The notes below the pieces were generated by a model. It saw only the letters and a list, made by a program, of their open reading frames with translations, did not search any database and was not told where the DNA came from. Both the position numbers and the translations under genes were made by a program. This document shows, piece by piece, positions 27,681 to 37,687 of a stretch of 64,000 nt of DNA. Every line of letters begins with the position of its first letter. The stretch's first letter is position 1. The stretch is from Bacteroidota bacterium (GTDB lineage: Bacteria > Bacteroidota > Bacteroidia > JABEUT01). The DNA is taken from assembly GCA_013288345.1 (NCBI GenBank), contig JABDCA010000004.1:67577-131576 (forward strand), read 5' to 3'.

Positions 27681-28667
27681 ATGACAAAAATCGGCAATAT
27701 AGAGTTAGGGGACTTCCCACTTTTGCTTGCTCCCATGGAAGATGTGAGCGACCCTCCCTTCCGCCATGTGTGCAAGGAACAAGGGGCCGATATGCTATAT
27801 ACTGAGTTTGTTTCATCGGAAGGTTTGATACGCGATGCTGCCAAAAGCATTAAAAAGCTCGATATTTTTGAACACGAAAGGCCTATTGGTATACAGTTAT
27901 TCGGCAGTAGTATTGAATCGATGCGCGAAGCGGCTATAATTGCCGAAAAAGCAAATCCGAACCTGATAGATATAAACTACGGCTGCCCGGTAAAGCAAGT
28001 AGCTTGTAAAGGTGCCGGCGCTGCATTATTGCAGGATATACCTAAAATGGTGCAGATGACATCGGAGATCGTTAAAGCTGTATCATTGCCAGTTACCGTT
28101 AAAACACGCCTTGGCTGGGACGACAGCACCAAGAATGTAATGGAAGTAGCAGAGCGCTTACAGGATATAGGCATTAGCGCATTAACTATACATGGGCGCA
28201 CCCGCAAACAAATGTACAAGGGCCCGGCCGATTGGAGATTAATTGGAGATATAAAGAACAATCAACGTATTAAGATACCCATCTTCGGTAACGGAGATGT
28301 AAACTCACCTGCCGTTGCACAGGAGATGAAGAACCGCTACGGAGTTGATGGTGTAATGATAGGGCGTGCAAGTATTGGTTACCCTTGGATATTCCGCGAG
28401 ATAAAACAATACTTTAAAACAGGCGAAATAATTGCCCCACCTACCCTTGAAGAAAGAATAATTGTATGCCGCACACATCTTGTAAAATCGGTAGAATGGA
28501 AAGGTGAAAGACTTGGAATCCTGGAAATGCGCAAGCATTATGGCAGCTATTTTAAGGGCATGGATAACTTTAAAGATTTTAGAATGAAACTTGTTACCAG
28601 CGACTCATACGCCCAAATTCTGGAAACCCTGGAAGATATTGGCCGCGTGTATGCCGAGGTAGCTTAA
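27681..28667 (+). CDS. tRNA-dihydrouridine synthase (Dus family)
   Basis: LAPMEDVSDPPFR...INYGCPV...VKTRLGWD...TIHGRT matches the Dus signature. Confidence 0.9.
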   Translation: MTKIGNIELGDFPLLLAPMEDVSDPPFRHVCKEQGADMLYTEFVSSEGLIRDAAKSIKKLDIFEHERPIGIQLFGSSIESMREAAIIAEKANPNLIDINYGCPVKQVACKGAGAALLQDIPKMVQMTSEIVKAVSLPVTVKTRLGWDDSTKNVMEVAERLQDIGISALTIHGRTRKQMYKGPADWRLIGDIKNNQRIKIPIFGNGDVNSPAVAQEMKNRYGVDGVMIGRASIGYPWIFREIKQYFKTGEIIAPPTLEERIIVCRTHLVKSVEWKGERLGILEMRKHYGSYFKGMDNFKDFRMKLVTSDSYAQILETLEDIGRVYAEVA

Positions 28668-28679
28668 CCCCAAAATAAT

Positions 28680-29072
28680 ATGGCAGCAATTGCAACAGCA
28701 ACCCTTAGCAAAACCGATTTTGAAATGACTGGCACCGCTCGTCATCATAAGGTAATTATTGATGAGCCTCTTTCTAACGGAGGACAAGATAAAGGCCCAA
28801 GCCCATCTGAATATCTTTGTATTTCATTGGCATCGTGCACTACAGCAACGCTAAAGATGTACATCAATCACAAAAAACTTTCAGTAGAAAGCCTCTCAGT
28901 TGAGGTAGAAAAAATTACCACCGAAGACAAGAAAACGATATTTAAAAGAAAGTTGCATATTGTTGGCCCCTTTGATGAGGCTCAACGTGAACGACTAGTA
29001 TCCATAGCTAATGCCTGCCCTATTCACAAAATACTATCGCAGGCTAATACAGTTGAAACAATACTGGTATAA
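28680..29072 (+). CDS. OsmC-family peroxiredoxin-like protein
   Basis: 130 aa with both conserved Cys contexts (LASCTTAT and ANACPIH). Confidence 0.8.
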   Translation: MAAIATATLSKTDFEMTGTARHHKVIIDEPLSNGGQDKGPSPSEYLCISLASCTTATLKMYINHKKLSVESLSVEVEKITTEDKKTIFKRKLHIVGPFDEAQRERLVSIANACPIHKILSQANTVETILV

Positions 29073-29075
29073 GGC

Positions 29076-29738
29076 TTACTCCCTTAAATCTTCTACATCA
29101 ATACCTGGGTAGTCCTTCGGGTTGAATTTAAATGTAGCATCGCCTAAGTCGGTGTCGGTAGCAAAGCTATCTATGTTGTATTCCATTACTGTACCATCTT
29201 TCATAAATACAACAACTCCTGTAATTTGGTTTTTGTTTTTATCAACCTTCAGTTTCAGCGTATGGTATTTTTCTTTTTCTGGATGCTTAGGGTAAAGGTC
29301 AATTGTTTCAATGGTAGCGCCTTTTTCAGTGGTTTCACCATCGTAGTGGCTCTTAAAGCCTTTTTCGTAAATGGTAAAAATATTGGTAGGCGAAATAGTA
29401 CTCTGGTTAGCTGAATGATCAACGTTATTGATCTGCACTTCATTGGCATCTTTCAGATAGGTCCACATAGTGGTACTGTCAGATATCACAGTCTGGTTCT
29501 TTACTTCCAGTTTATACTTGCCGCCTTTTACAATCAAATTACCTTTTTGGTTATCGGTAACTTTCTTATCCTTACTGTACATAATAATATCGAAAGCGGC
29601 CTTTATTGTTTTATAGGTTTTTGTCTTTTTAGTAAGCGCTTGCAAAACAGCATTGGCTTTTGCATCAACAGTTTCTTCTTGTGCCTGCATTGCAATTACA
29701 GACAAACATAAAACAAAGGATAACAGCAGTTTTTTCAC
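29076..29738 (-). CDS. LolA-like outer-membrane lipoprotein carrier family protein
   Basis: Signal peptide. Recalled LolA-like pattern (FDIIMYSKDKKVTDNQKGNLIVKGGKYKLE...). Confidence 0.6.
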   Translation of the reverse strand: MKKLLLSFVLCLSVIAMQAQEETVDAKANAVLQALTKKTKTYKTIKAAFDIIMYSKDKKVTDNQKGNLIVKGGKYKLEVKNQTVISDSTTMWTYLKDANEVQINNVDHSANQSTISPTNIFTIYEKGFKSHYDGETTEKGATIETIDLYPKHPEKEKYHTLKLKVDKNKNQITGVVVFMKDGTVMEYNIDSFATDTDLGDATFKFNPKDYPGIDVEDLRE

Positions 29739-29917
29739 GTTCTCTTATTTATTATATGCCCAAAAATAGCAAAAACTATTTCAGCATAAGTGTTAAAGAA
29801 GGTTAAGGCATCTACTCACCCCTTGCCCCTCTCTACCAATTGAGAGGGGTGAAAAAATTTCGTTCTACCCCAAACCCCTAAAGGGGCTTTAACTATAATG
29901 GTCTTTTGCGTTAGGGA

Positions 29918-30040
29918 TTGTAGTGGAAAGCCCGCAGCAAAGCGAGGACTTGAAACGTAAAGCCCGGCCCGACGAAGGAGGGGAACGCCCAATTTGGTAA
30001 GATTGCTTCGTTCCTCGCAATGACGGGAATATAAAATACT
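29918..30040 (+). repeat. intergenic repeat R1, copy A (83-nt core, variable linker, 30-nt FVPRNDG module)
   Basis: By hand alignment, 74/83 identity of the core to 40887..40969. The 30 nt at 30011..30040 are identical to 40984..41013. Confidence 0.8.
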
Positions 30041-30070
30041 TTAAGCATTATAAGACTCAGCTATAATCCG

Positions 30071-30078
30071 TAATTTTG
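30071..30078 (+). promoter_or_regulatory. -7 promoter box (TAnnTTTG)
   Basis: TAATTTTG, 7 nt before the mutY ATG. Confidence 0.45.
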
Positions 30079-30085
30079 AAAGCAA

Positions 30086-31138
30086 ATGAATGATTGGAGT
30101 CCTAAGCTATTGAAGTGGTATGAAGCCAATAAGCGCGACTTACCCTGGCGCGGTGTTAACGATGCTTATAAGATATGGTTATCGGAGGTTATACTGCAGC
30201 AAACAAGAGTAAACCAGGGCCTGGAATATTATAACCGCTTTACAGAGAAATACCCTACAGTATCAAAACTTGCAGCAGCATCGGAACATGATATATTAAA
30301 ACTCTGGCAGGGCCTTGGCTATTATTCCCGTGCACGCAATATGCACCACGCCGCAAAAGAAATCGTCGCCATTCATAAAGGCAAATTCCCGGTGACTTAT
30401 GAATCAATACGTGCACTAAAAGGCGTTGGAGATTATACAGCAGCAGCTATTACATCTATCGCCTATAAACTACCCTACCCTGTGGTAGATGGTAATGTGT
30501 TCAGAGTTTATTCGAGATTATTAGGCATTTCCACTCCAATTGATTCTACCGAAGGTAAAAAGAAAATATGGGAAGCGGCGGCTGAACTACTGCCAAAGAG
30601 CAACCCTGGCATCTATAACCAAGCTGTAATGGAACTGGGTGCGCTATGCTGCACGCCTAAAAACCCTAATTGTACCGAGTGCCCCTTGCAAACTGCCTGC
30701 TATGCATACTCACATAAGCTAACCAACAAGTTGCCAGTTAAGCAAGGCAAAACAAAAGTAAGGGATAGGTATTTGAATTATTTAGTAATAGAGAAAGGAG
30801 ATAGTTTGCTTTTACATAACAGGAAAGGAAAAGATATTTGGAAAGGCCTGAATGATTTCCCTTGTATTGAAACAGAGGAAGCCATATCACTTGAGAAGCT
30901 AATTGCAACTAAGGAATGGAAAGCGATATTCTCAGCCAATAAACCGGTAATAGAATCAGTGGCTGGGCCATACAAACATATACTGAGCCACCAAAGGTTG
31001 AATGCGCAATTTCTTAAAATAAAAACCAGCAAATCAATAAAAAAACTACCGCAAGATTGCTTTTGGGTAGAAAAGAAAAAGATAAGCAAGTACGCCGTAC
31101 CGCGTTTAATAGAACGTTATATTAGCAATTATTTATAG
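30086..31138 (+). CDS. mutY: A/G-specific adenine DNA glycosylase
   Basis: HhH-GPD (LKGVGDYTAAAI), 4Fe-4S cluster loop C..C..C..C (CTPKNPNCTECPLQTAC) and a C-terminal NUDIX-like domain. Confidence 0.9.
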   Translation: MNDWSPKLLKWYEANKRDLPWRGVNDAYKIWLSEVILQQTRVNQGLEYYNRFTEKYPTVSKLAAASEHDILKLWQGLGYYSRARNMHHAAKEIVAIHKGKFPVTYESIRALKGVGDYTAAAITSIAYKLPYPVVDGNVFRVYSRLLGISTPIDSTEGKKKIWEAAAELLPKSNPGIYNQAVMELGALCCTPKNPNCTECPLQTACYAYSHKLTNKLPVKQGKTKVRDRYLNYLVIEKGDSLLLHNRKGKDIWKGLNDFPCIETEEAISLEKLIATKEWKAIFSANKPVIESVAGPYKHILSHQRLNAQFLKIKTSKSIKKLPQDCFWVEKKKISKYAVPRLIERYISNYL

Positions 31139-31144
31139 CATATT

Positions 31145-31447
31145 ATGATACTATACAATGTTACCCTGAATGTAGATGATGACATACACCACAAATGGCT
31201 GGAGTGGATGCAAAAGGAGCATATACCTGAAATGATCAGCACAGGGCTGTTTACAGGCCACCGCCTCTGCCGCTTGTTAGATGTAGAGGATAGCGGCACT
31301 ACCTACTCTGTGCAATATTCATGCAACAGTATTAAAGACTACCATATCTATAAAGAGAAGCATGCACCACACATGCAACAGGAAGGAATTAAAAGGTTCA
31401 AGGATAAATTCACTGCATTCCGTACACTTATGGAAGTAGTGGAATAA
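31145..31447 (+). CDS. DUF4286-family protein
   Basis: 100 aa. MILYNVTLNVDDDIHHKWLEWMQKEHIPEM matches the recalled DUF4286 N-terminus. Confidence 0.6.
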   Translation: MILYNVTLNVDDDIHHKWLEWMQKEHIPEMISTGLFTGHRLCRLLDVEDSGTTYSVQYSCNSIKDYHIYKEKHAPHMQQEGIKRFKDKFTAFRTLMEVVE

Positions 31448-31537
31448 CCAAATCCATTCTCTTTAAATTAACATTGCATATCGGCATATTTGTTGTATAT
31501 TGCATGCTTAAGCTCATCGATTAACTAATTTATTTAC

Positions 31538-31897
31538 ATGAAAACACATTCGAACGTTCACGCCGCTCCGGAAGTTACATTTAACACCAAATCGAGAAAA
31601 GAATTCCTGGAAGACCTACCAGCTAAAACCCGCAATACAGTTAGAGGAGTCGACATGACCCTGATAAATGAAGCTATTACTGCTATTGTTGAAGGCCATG
31701 CTACCATTAACGGCAAAGCGCCCGATACCCGTATAGAAAGGTTCATTGTAATTGCTTCGTACTTTAAAACTGCACGAACAACCATAAATATGTTTTTTGA
31801 CGGAGTATTAAATGTTCAGCATAACTATACTGTTACATTCAAACTAAAAGATCAATCTCATACCATAAAGTTCCCGACCAATCCTGCGGATAACTAA
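31538..31897 (+). CDS. hypothetical protein
   Basis: 119-aa ORF followed by a weak hairpin (31897..31915). No family recognised. Confidence 0.35.
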   Translation: MKTHSNVHAAPEVTFNTKSRKEFLEDLPAKTRNTVRGVDMTLINEAITAIVEGHATINGKAPDTRIERFIVIASYFKTARTTINMFFDGVLNVQHNYTVTFKLKDQSHTIKFPTNPADN

Positions 31898-31934
31898 TAC
31901 AGGCCAAACCTGTATTTGAGATTGAGCGTAGAAT

Positions 31935-32678
31935 TTATTTAGAGCCGTAAAGCTTCTTTACCTCATCATTTGTAAGGTAACGCCAATCGCCACGTGGCAC
32001 GCCATGTAATGTTAAACTGCCATAGCTAACCCTATCGAGCAATTTAACCTTATAGCCCATTGCTTCGAATATGCGCCTTACAATGCGGTTCCATCCAATG
32101 TGGAGCGTAATTACTATGCAGCTTTCATCGCCGTTGGTATCGTACTCTGCTTCATCAGGCTTTGCAAAACCATCTTCGAGCATTATTCCGTTACGTAGTT
32201 TTTTTAAGTCAGCATAAGGAAGAGGCTTATCGAGCCTTGCCTTATATACCTTACGCATTTCACCCGATGGATGAGATAAACGGTTTGCCAGTTCACCATC
32301 GTTGGTGAGCAACAATATACCAGTAGTATTCCTGTCGAGCCTACCTATAGGGTAAACCCTCTCTTTGGTAGCGCCTTCAATAAGGTCCATTACTGTTTTG
32401 CGGTCACGCTCATCCTTTACGGTGCTTATAGCATCTCTGCTCTTATTTAACAGTATATAACAACGTTGCGGTTGCTTTATGCGCTGGCTTTGCACAACAA
32501 CCACATCGCCACTTTGTACACGGCTGCCCGGTTCAATTATCAAATGTCCGTTTACTGTTACATGGCCTGCAAATACAATTTCATCGGCCTTACGGCGAGA
32601 GCAATAGCCTGCATCTGCAATATATTTATTGAGCCTTACACCTTCTTTGGGTTCGCTATTTTTCTTCTTCTGTTGCAT
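31935..32678 (-). CDS. pseudouridine synthase, RsuA/RluB family, with S4 domain
   Basis: S4 motif RLNKYIADAGYCSRRKADEIV and catalytic GRLDRNTTGILLLTNDG. Confidence 0.88.
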   Translation of the reverse strand: MQQKKKNSEPKEGVRLNKYIADAGYCSRRKADEIVFAGHVTVNGHLIIEPGSRVQSGDVVVVQSQRIKQPQRCYILLNKSRDAISTVKDERDRKTVMDLIEGATKERVYPIGRLDRNTTGILLLTNDGELANRLSHPSGEMRKVYKARLDKPLPYADLKKLRNGIMLEDGFAKPDEAEYDTNGDESCIVITLHIGWNRIVRRIFEAMGYKVKLLDRVSYGSLTLHGVPRGDWRYLTNDEVKKLYGSK

Positions 32679-32683
32679 AATTT

Positions 32684-34231
32684 TTACTGTACAATTATTT
32701 TACCGTTTACTGTTTTATTATTCTTATCTGCTACCTTATATAAATAGGTGCCTGCCTGCAATGTGCCTTTGGTAATATGCAACATAGCCTGCCCGTATCC
32801 CGATGGTGCCAATTCTTTTTTATCGATAATGCATTTACCTGTTATATCATACAGGCTGAACCAGTATTTATCGGCCACATCAGTTTGTACTAGCACAGTA
32901 GCATCGGTAGTAATAGGATCAGGAAACACCTTTACCATTACCTGACTTTGCGTTTGTTCATTAATACCTACCGTAATAGGCAGGCTATCTTTAATTTGCT
33001 TAATAACGTGGTACAAGTTATTATCAGAATTTATGGTGCCGCAGTTTTGAAACCTGCAGGCAAAAACATCATACAAGCCAACCGAAAGATTTGAACTATT
33101 GGTGTAGCCTGCAAATGCAGCAGAGCCATTTTTTGATACAGCGCATGAGTTTGCGCCATCATCTTCCAGCCCGCCTTGGTATGGGCCTGCCTCATACGCA
33201 CCGTTAGCAGCATTGCCGGGTATATAATACATTTGCAGTGTCAGAAAATCTAAACCACCATGCGCAGCCTCATTGCCTGTACCTGAAGCTATGTAGAGTA
33301 TGTTTGGGCACTGCATAGCATCGGTAGCATAGTTTACACCTACGTTATGAAAATTCACATTCGTATCCCAGGTTTGTATATTGGCATTGGCATCCATCAT
33401 TATAAAAAACGGATTTATGTTCGTAGGCTTAGATACCATATCGGAATAGCCCGATATCATCATTCCTCCGCTTAGTGCTTGTTCTATATTCCGGCCAACA
33501 GCAGTATGAGTTATTCCGCCGAAGGTGGTATCTTTTTCAATCAGGCCGTTGTTGTTTATTTTTATAAAGTAAATATTGGTATCGGTACAACCAAAACTGG
33601 TAGTTGAGCCAACTATATAGTAAAGCGAATCTTGCTGCACATAAACCGACTTACCAATATCGTAGCCCGAATCGCCAATGGTTCTTGTCCAAAGGGTATC
33701 TCCTTTTTTATCAGTTCGCACAACAAACACATCTCCGTTAATAGCTGGAGTGCTATAGGTTTGTCCACAAATAACATAACCACTATCGAGGGTTTGCTTT
33801 ACGCTATAGCCAAAGTCCCAATCGGTGCCACCATAGGTCTTTTGCCATTGCTGCCTGCCCATCGAATCGGTCTTAACCAGTAACACATCATAACCTCCAC
33901 TACCCCAGCTATTGGTGAAACCTACAAAAGCATAGCCTTTATCAAGGGTTGGAGTAACCGAAAAGCCTTCATCACTTGCGCCACCGCCGTAGGTAGCCGA
34001 CCATTGATGATGGAAGTTCGAATCGACCTTGATGGCATAAAAATCGGTAGCGCCGGCCCCAAAACTAGTAGTGGTGCCTATCATAATAAAGCCACCATCG
34101 GGGGTAGCGCGTATCTGGTTACATACATCGTTTTGTATGCCGCCAAAAGTGTACATAAATATGGTATCAGATTGTGCAAAAAGGCCAGAAGTGGTAATGC
34201 ACATTAATACTATGACAAATAGTTTTTTCAC
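32684..34231 (-). CDS. secreted repeat (beta-propeller-like) protein with T9SS type-A sorting domain
   Basis: Signal peptide. Repeated GGxxxDxGxSVxxTxDGGY motifs. CTD VKVFPDPITTDATV...YDITGKCI...GTYLYKV. Confidence 0.7.
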   Translation of the reverse strand: MKKLFVIVLMCITTSGLFAQSDTIFMYTFGGIQNDVCNQIRATPDGGFIMIGTTTSFGAGATDFYAIKVDSNFHHQWSATYGGGASDEGFSVTPTLDKGYAFVGFTNSWGSGGYDVLLVKTDSMGRQQWQKTYGGTDWDFGYSVKQTLDSGYVICGQTYSTPAINGDVFVVRTDKKGDTLWTRTIGDSGYDIGKSVYVQQDSLYYIVGSTTSFGCTDTNIYFIKINNNGLIEKDTTFGGITHTAVGRNIEQALSGGMMISGYSDMVSKPTNINPFFIMMDANANIQTWDTNVNFHNVGVNYATDAMQCPNILYIASGTGNEAAHGGLDFLTLQMYYIPGNAANGAYEAGPYQGGLEDDGANSCAVSKNGSAAFAGYTNSSNLSVGLYDVFACRFQNCGTINSDNNLYHVIKQIKDSLPITVGINEQTQSQVMVKVFPDPITTDATVLVQTDVADKYWFSLYDITGKCIIDKKELAPSGYGQAMLHITKGTLQAGTYLYKVADKNNKTVNGKIIVQ

Positions 34232-34326
34232 AAAATTGCTTCCTTTCCTAATATGGAAATTACTACCGAAGATACAACAAAAAAAGGACTCCCGCAGGAA
34301 TCCTTTTAATGATAATTTAGGATAAT

Positions 34327-34354
34327 GTAGGGTAGATTCATGAATCTACCCTAC
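34327..34354 (-). terminator. terminator of the thrS-infC-rpmI-rplT operon
   Basis: Perfect 13-bp stem gtagggtagattc/gaatctaccctac, 8 nt after the rplT stop, followed by an AU-rich tail. Confidence 0.6.
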
Positions 34355-34361
34355 TCTAATA

Positions 34362-34706
34362 TTACTTTACGGTATCAACAACCTTTTTAAAGGCTTCAGG
34401 GTGGTTCATTGCCAGATCAGCAAGAACTTTCCTGTTTAACTGAATACCTTTGGTAATTACCATATTCATAAACTCTGAATATGAAATACCATATTGCCTG
34501 GTAGATGCATTGATACGCTGGATCCAAAGTGCGCGGAAATTGCGTTTTTTGGTTTTACGATCACGGTATGCATACTTTAAACCTTTTTCGTATGTATTTT
34601 TAGCAATTGTAAAGACATTCTTTTTTGCACCGTAGTAACCACGTGTGCGTTTTAATATCTTCTTTTTTCTTGCTCTGGATGCTACTGCATTGACTGAACG
34701 TGGCAT
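34362..34706 (-). CDS. rplT: 50S ribosomal protein L20
   Basis: [19 protein letters not shown]...[20 protein letters not shown]. Confidence 0.95.
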   Translation of the reverse strand: MPRSVNAVASRARKKKILKRTRGYYGAKKNVFTIAKNTYEKGLKYAYRDRKTKKRNFRALWIQRINASTRQYGISYSEFMNMVITKGIQLNRKVLADLAMNHPEAFKKVVDTVK

Positions 34707-34731
34707 GACTTATATAATTAAAAGTTAAAAA

Positions 34732-34932
34732 TTATTTTCCTAAACCTAATAAGGCTTTCACCCTGCCTTGTTGGGTTTCGTGTACCAATACGGTGCCGGT
34801 TAAATTGCGTTTACGCTTCTTGCTTTTTTTAGTCAGTATGTGATTCTTAAAAGCTTGTTTTCTCTTTACTTTACCACTGGCTGTAAGATGAAACCTCTTT
34901 TTAGCGGCAGAGTTTGTTTTTACTTTAGGCAT
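34732..34932 (-). CDS. rpmI: 50S ribosomal protein L35
   Basis: [36 protein letters not shown]. Confidence 0.93.
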   Translation of the reverse strand: MPKVKTNSAAKKRFHLTASGKVKRKQAFKNHILTKKSKKRKRNLTGTVLVHETQQGRVKALLGLGK

Positions 34933-34953
34933 TGCTTTGTTTATTAATTGTAT

Positions 34954-35520
34954 TTATTTTTTCTTAGGACCAATAACCATTGTCATTTTCTTTCCATCCA
35001 TTGTAGGCATTTGTTCTACCTTTCCAACTTCTTCCAGTTCCTGGGCAAACTTCAACAATAACATTTCGCCCATTTCCTTAAATAATATTGTTCTACCTCT
35101 AAAAAACACGTAGGCTCTAACTTTAGCGCCTTCTTTCAAAAACCCAAGGGCATGATTCTTTTTAAAGTTAAAATCATGATCTTCAGTATGCGGCCCGAAA
35201 CGTATTTCCTTTACTACTACCCTCGCTGTCTTCTGCTTTATCTCTTTCTGTTTTCGCTTTTGTTCGTACAAAAATTTCTTATAATCTATAACCCTGCAAA
35301 TTGGTGGATCGGTTGTTGCCGATATCTCAACTAAGTCCAACCCGGCGTTGCGAGCTATCTGTAAAGCCTGTTCAATCGGGAATACCCCTTGTTCAATGCC
35401 TTCGCCTACAACCCTTACGGATTTGGCTCTGATACGCTCATTAATACTGTGCAAAGGTTCATTTCTACGTTGAAAACCTCTGTTAAAATTGCCGCTGTTG
35501 CCTCTATACGGTGTTGCTAT
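34954..35520 (-). CDS. infC: translation initiation factor IF-3, probable non-AUG (AUA) start
   Basis: IF-3 N and C domains ([16 protein letters not shown]...). The frame stays open upstream of the track's TTG start back to two in-frame TAA stops at 35541..35536. The first plausible near-cognate codon is ATA at 35520. Confidence 0.85.
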   Translation of the reverse strand: MATPYRGNSGNFNRGFQRRNEPLHSINERIRAKSVRVVGEGIEQGVFPIEQALQIARNAGLDLVEISATTDPPICRVIDYKKFLYEQKRKQKEIKQKTARVVVKEIRFGPHTEDHDFNFKKNHALGFLKEGAKVRAYVFFRGRTILFKEMGEMLLLKFAQELEEVGKVEQMPTMDGKKMTMVIGPKKK

Positions 35521-35559
35521 ATGGTCCTCCCTTTTGTTTGGTTATTAAACTATTTACTA

Positions 35560-37497
35560 CTAACTATTTAAAATTTCTTCTATTTCTCCTTTTATTCTAT
35601 TCACAAAATCCTCTGTGCCTTCTTGTCCTTTATCTCCTTCGCCATGGCGTCTTACAGCCACTTTGTTCTCTTCCATTTCTTTATCTCCTATCACTAACAT
35701 ATAGGGGATCTTTTGTAACTCTGCGTCTCTAATTTTCCGGCCAATTTTCTCTATTCTTGTATCAACGAGGGCGCGAATTTCGCATTTTTTTAGCAATTTC
35801 AAAATGTTTTCTGCATATTCTACATGTTTATCGCTAATTGGCAGAATTGCAACTTGCTCGGGCGCGAGCCATAAAGGCAAGTTTCCGGCGCAGTGTTCCA
35901 GCAAAACTCCTATGAATCTTTCAAGCGAGCCAAAAGGCGCACGGTGAATCATTACCGGTGTATGCTTATGGTTATCAGCACCTACGTACTCCAACTCAAA
36001 GCGCTCAGGCAGGTTATAATCTACCTGCACAGTACCCAATTGCCAGGTACGGCCCAAGGCATCCTTAACCATAAAGTCGAGCTTGGGGCCATAAAAGGCA
36101 GCCTCGCCATATTCGGTTACCGTTTTCAAACCTTTTTCGGCGGCAGCCTCAATAATTGCACTTTCGGCCTTTTCCCAGTTTTCTTCGCTGCCAATATATT
36201 TACTGCGGTCAACTTTATCGCGTAAGGATATTTGTGCCGTGTATTCTTTAAAATCCAAAGTCTTCAATACTTTCATTACAAGGTCTATCACCTTTATGAA
36301 CTCTTCCTTAACCTGGTCGGGTTGGCAGAAGATATGCGAATCATCTTGTGTAAAGCCACGCACACGGGTAAGGCCATGCAACTCGCCACTCTGTTCGTAA
36401 CGGTACACGGTACCAAACTCAGCAAGGCGCAAAGGCAGGTCGCGGTAACTGCGTGGGCTGCTCTTGTATATTTCGCAGTGGTGCGGACAGTTCATCGGTT
36501 TTAAAAAGAACTCCTCGCCCTCTTGCGGGGTGCGTATAGGCTGAAAAGAATCTTTGCCATACTTTTCGTAGTGGCCACTGGTAATGTATAAATTTTTATG
36601 GCCTATATGCGGAGTAATAACCTGCAGGTAGCCCAGTTCGCGCTGGTTTTTGCGCATAAAGTTCTCTAAGCGTTCGCGCAGCAAGGTACCTTTTGGCAGC
36701 CACAGCGGAAGCCCCAGCCCTACCTTCTCCGAAAAGGTGAACAACTCTAACTCCTTGCCTAGTTTGCGGTGATCGCGCTTCTTGGCTTCTTCTATTAAGG
36801 TAATATAGTCGGTAAGCTGTTTTTGTTCAGGAAAGGTAATGGCATAAATGCGGGTAAGCTGCTTGGCTTTTTCATCGCCACGCCAGTATGCACCGGCCAC
36901 GTTGAGCAACTTAACAGCCTTTATAAAGCCTGTGTTGGGCAAATGCGGGCCACGGCACAGATCAGTAAAATTGCCTTGCTGGTAAAAAGTAATGGTACCA
37001 TCCTGCAAATCTTTTATCAGGTCGAGTTTGTACTTGTCGTCTTTTTCGGTAAAATATTTTATTGCATCGGGCTTGCTAACCTCGCTGCGTATGTACACTT
37101 CTTTTTTACGGGCCAGCTCCAGTATCTTATCTTCTATCTTTTTAAAATCTTCGCTCGATACTATCCTGTCTCCGGGATCAACATCGTAATAAAAACCATT
37201 TTCTATGGGCGGGCCAATACCGAACTTCATACCGGGGAAGAACCCTTCGAGGGCCTCAGCCATTAAGTGAGCCGATGAGTGCCAGAAGGTTGATTTACCT
37301 TCTTTATCATCCCATGTTAGCAGGTTTAAATCTACATTGCCGGTTAGGGGGCGTGTGGCATCCCATACCTGGCCATTTACTTTAGCAGCCAATACTTTAG
37401 CCGCTAACGAATTGCTGATGCTTTTGGCAACATCTAATGCAGTGGTGCCATCGGGGTATTCTCGTACTTTCCCATCGGGGAATTTTACCTGAGCCAT
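35560..37497 (-). CDS. thrS: threonine--tRNA ligase
   Basis: 645 aa with TGS domain, editing domain (HSSAH), class II core and anticodon-binding domain. Confidence 0.95.
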   Translation of the reverse strand: MAQVKFPDGKVREYPDGTTALDVAKSISNSLAAKVLAAKVNGQVWDATRPLTGNVDLNLLTWDDKEGKSTFWHSSAHLMAEALEGFFPGMKFGIGPPIENGFYYDVDPGDRIVSSEDFKKIEDKILELARKKEVYIRSEVSKPDAIKYFTEKDDKYKLDLIKDLQDGTITFYQQGNFTDLCRGPHLPNTGFIKAVKLLNVAGAYWRGDEKAKQLTRIYAITFPEQKQLTDYITLIEEAKKRDHRKLGKELELFTFSEKVGLGLPLWLPKGTLLRERLENFMRKNQRELGYLQVITPHIGHKNLYITSGHYEKYGKDSFQPIRTPQEGEEFFLKPMNCPHHCEIYKSSPRSYRDLPLRLAEFGTVYRYEQSGELHGLTRVRGFTQDDSHIFCQPDQVKEEFIKVIDLVMKVLKTLDFKEYTAQISLRDKVDRSKYIGSEENWEKAESAIIEAAAEKGLKTVTEYGEAAFYGPKLDFMVKDALGRTWQLGTVQVDYNLPERFELEYVGADNHKHTPVMIHRAPFGSLERFIGVLLEHCAGNLPLWLAPEQVAILPISDKHVEYAENILKLLKKCEIRALVDTRIEKIGRKIRDAELQKIPYMLVIGDKEMEENKVAVRRHGEGDKGQEGTEDFVNRIKGEIEEILNS

Positions 37498-37519
37498 ATC
37501 GGGTTTAAAAATAGGAGGG

Positions 37520-37527
37520 CAAAGATA
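37520..37527 (-). promoter_or_regulatory. -7 promoter box (TAnnTTTG) for thrS operon
   Basis: The minus strand reads TATCTTTG, 22 nt upstream of the thrS ATG. Confidence 0.4.
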
Positions 37528-37576
37528 TAAAATATAGTCGTTAGTGGCCAGTTGTAAGTCGTTAGTTAAAACAAGC

Positions 37577-37618
37577 TTCCCGTCATTGCGAGGAACGAAG
37601 CAATCTCAGTATTTTTTT
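37577..37618 (-). repeat. 42-nt module, perfect inverted copy of 40971..41012
   Basis: The reverse complement of 37577..37618 equals 40971..41012 exactly (aaaaaaatactgagattgcttcgttcctcgcaatgacgggaa). Confidence 0.9.
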
Positions 37619-37687
37619 ACCACTAAGTGCACAAAGAGAATACACACTAAGATTCACTGAGAAATACAGCACACAAAATACACTATA

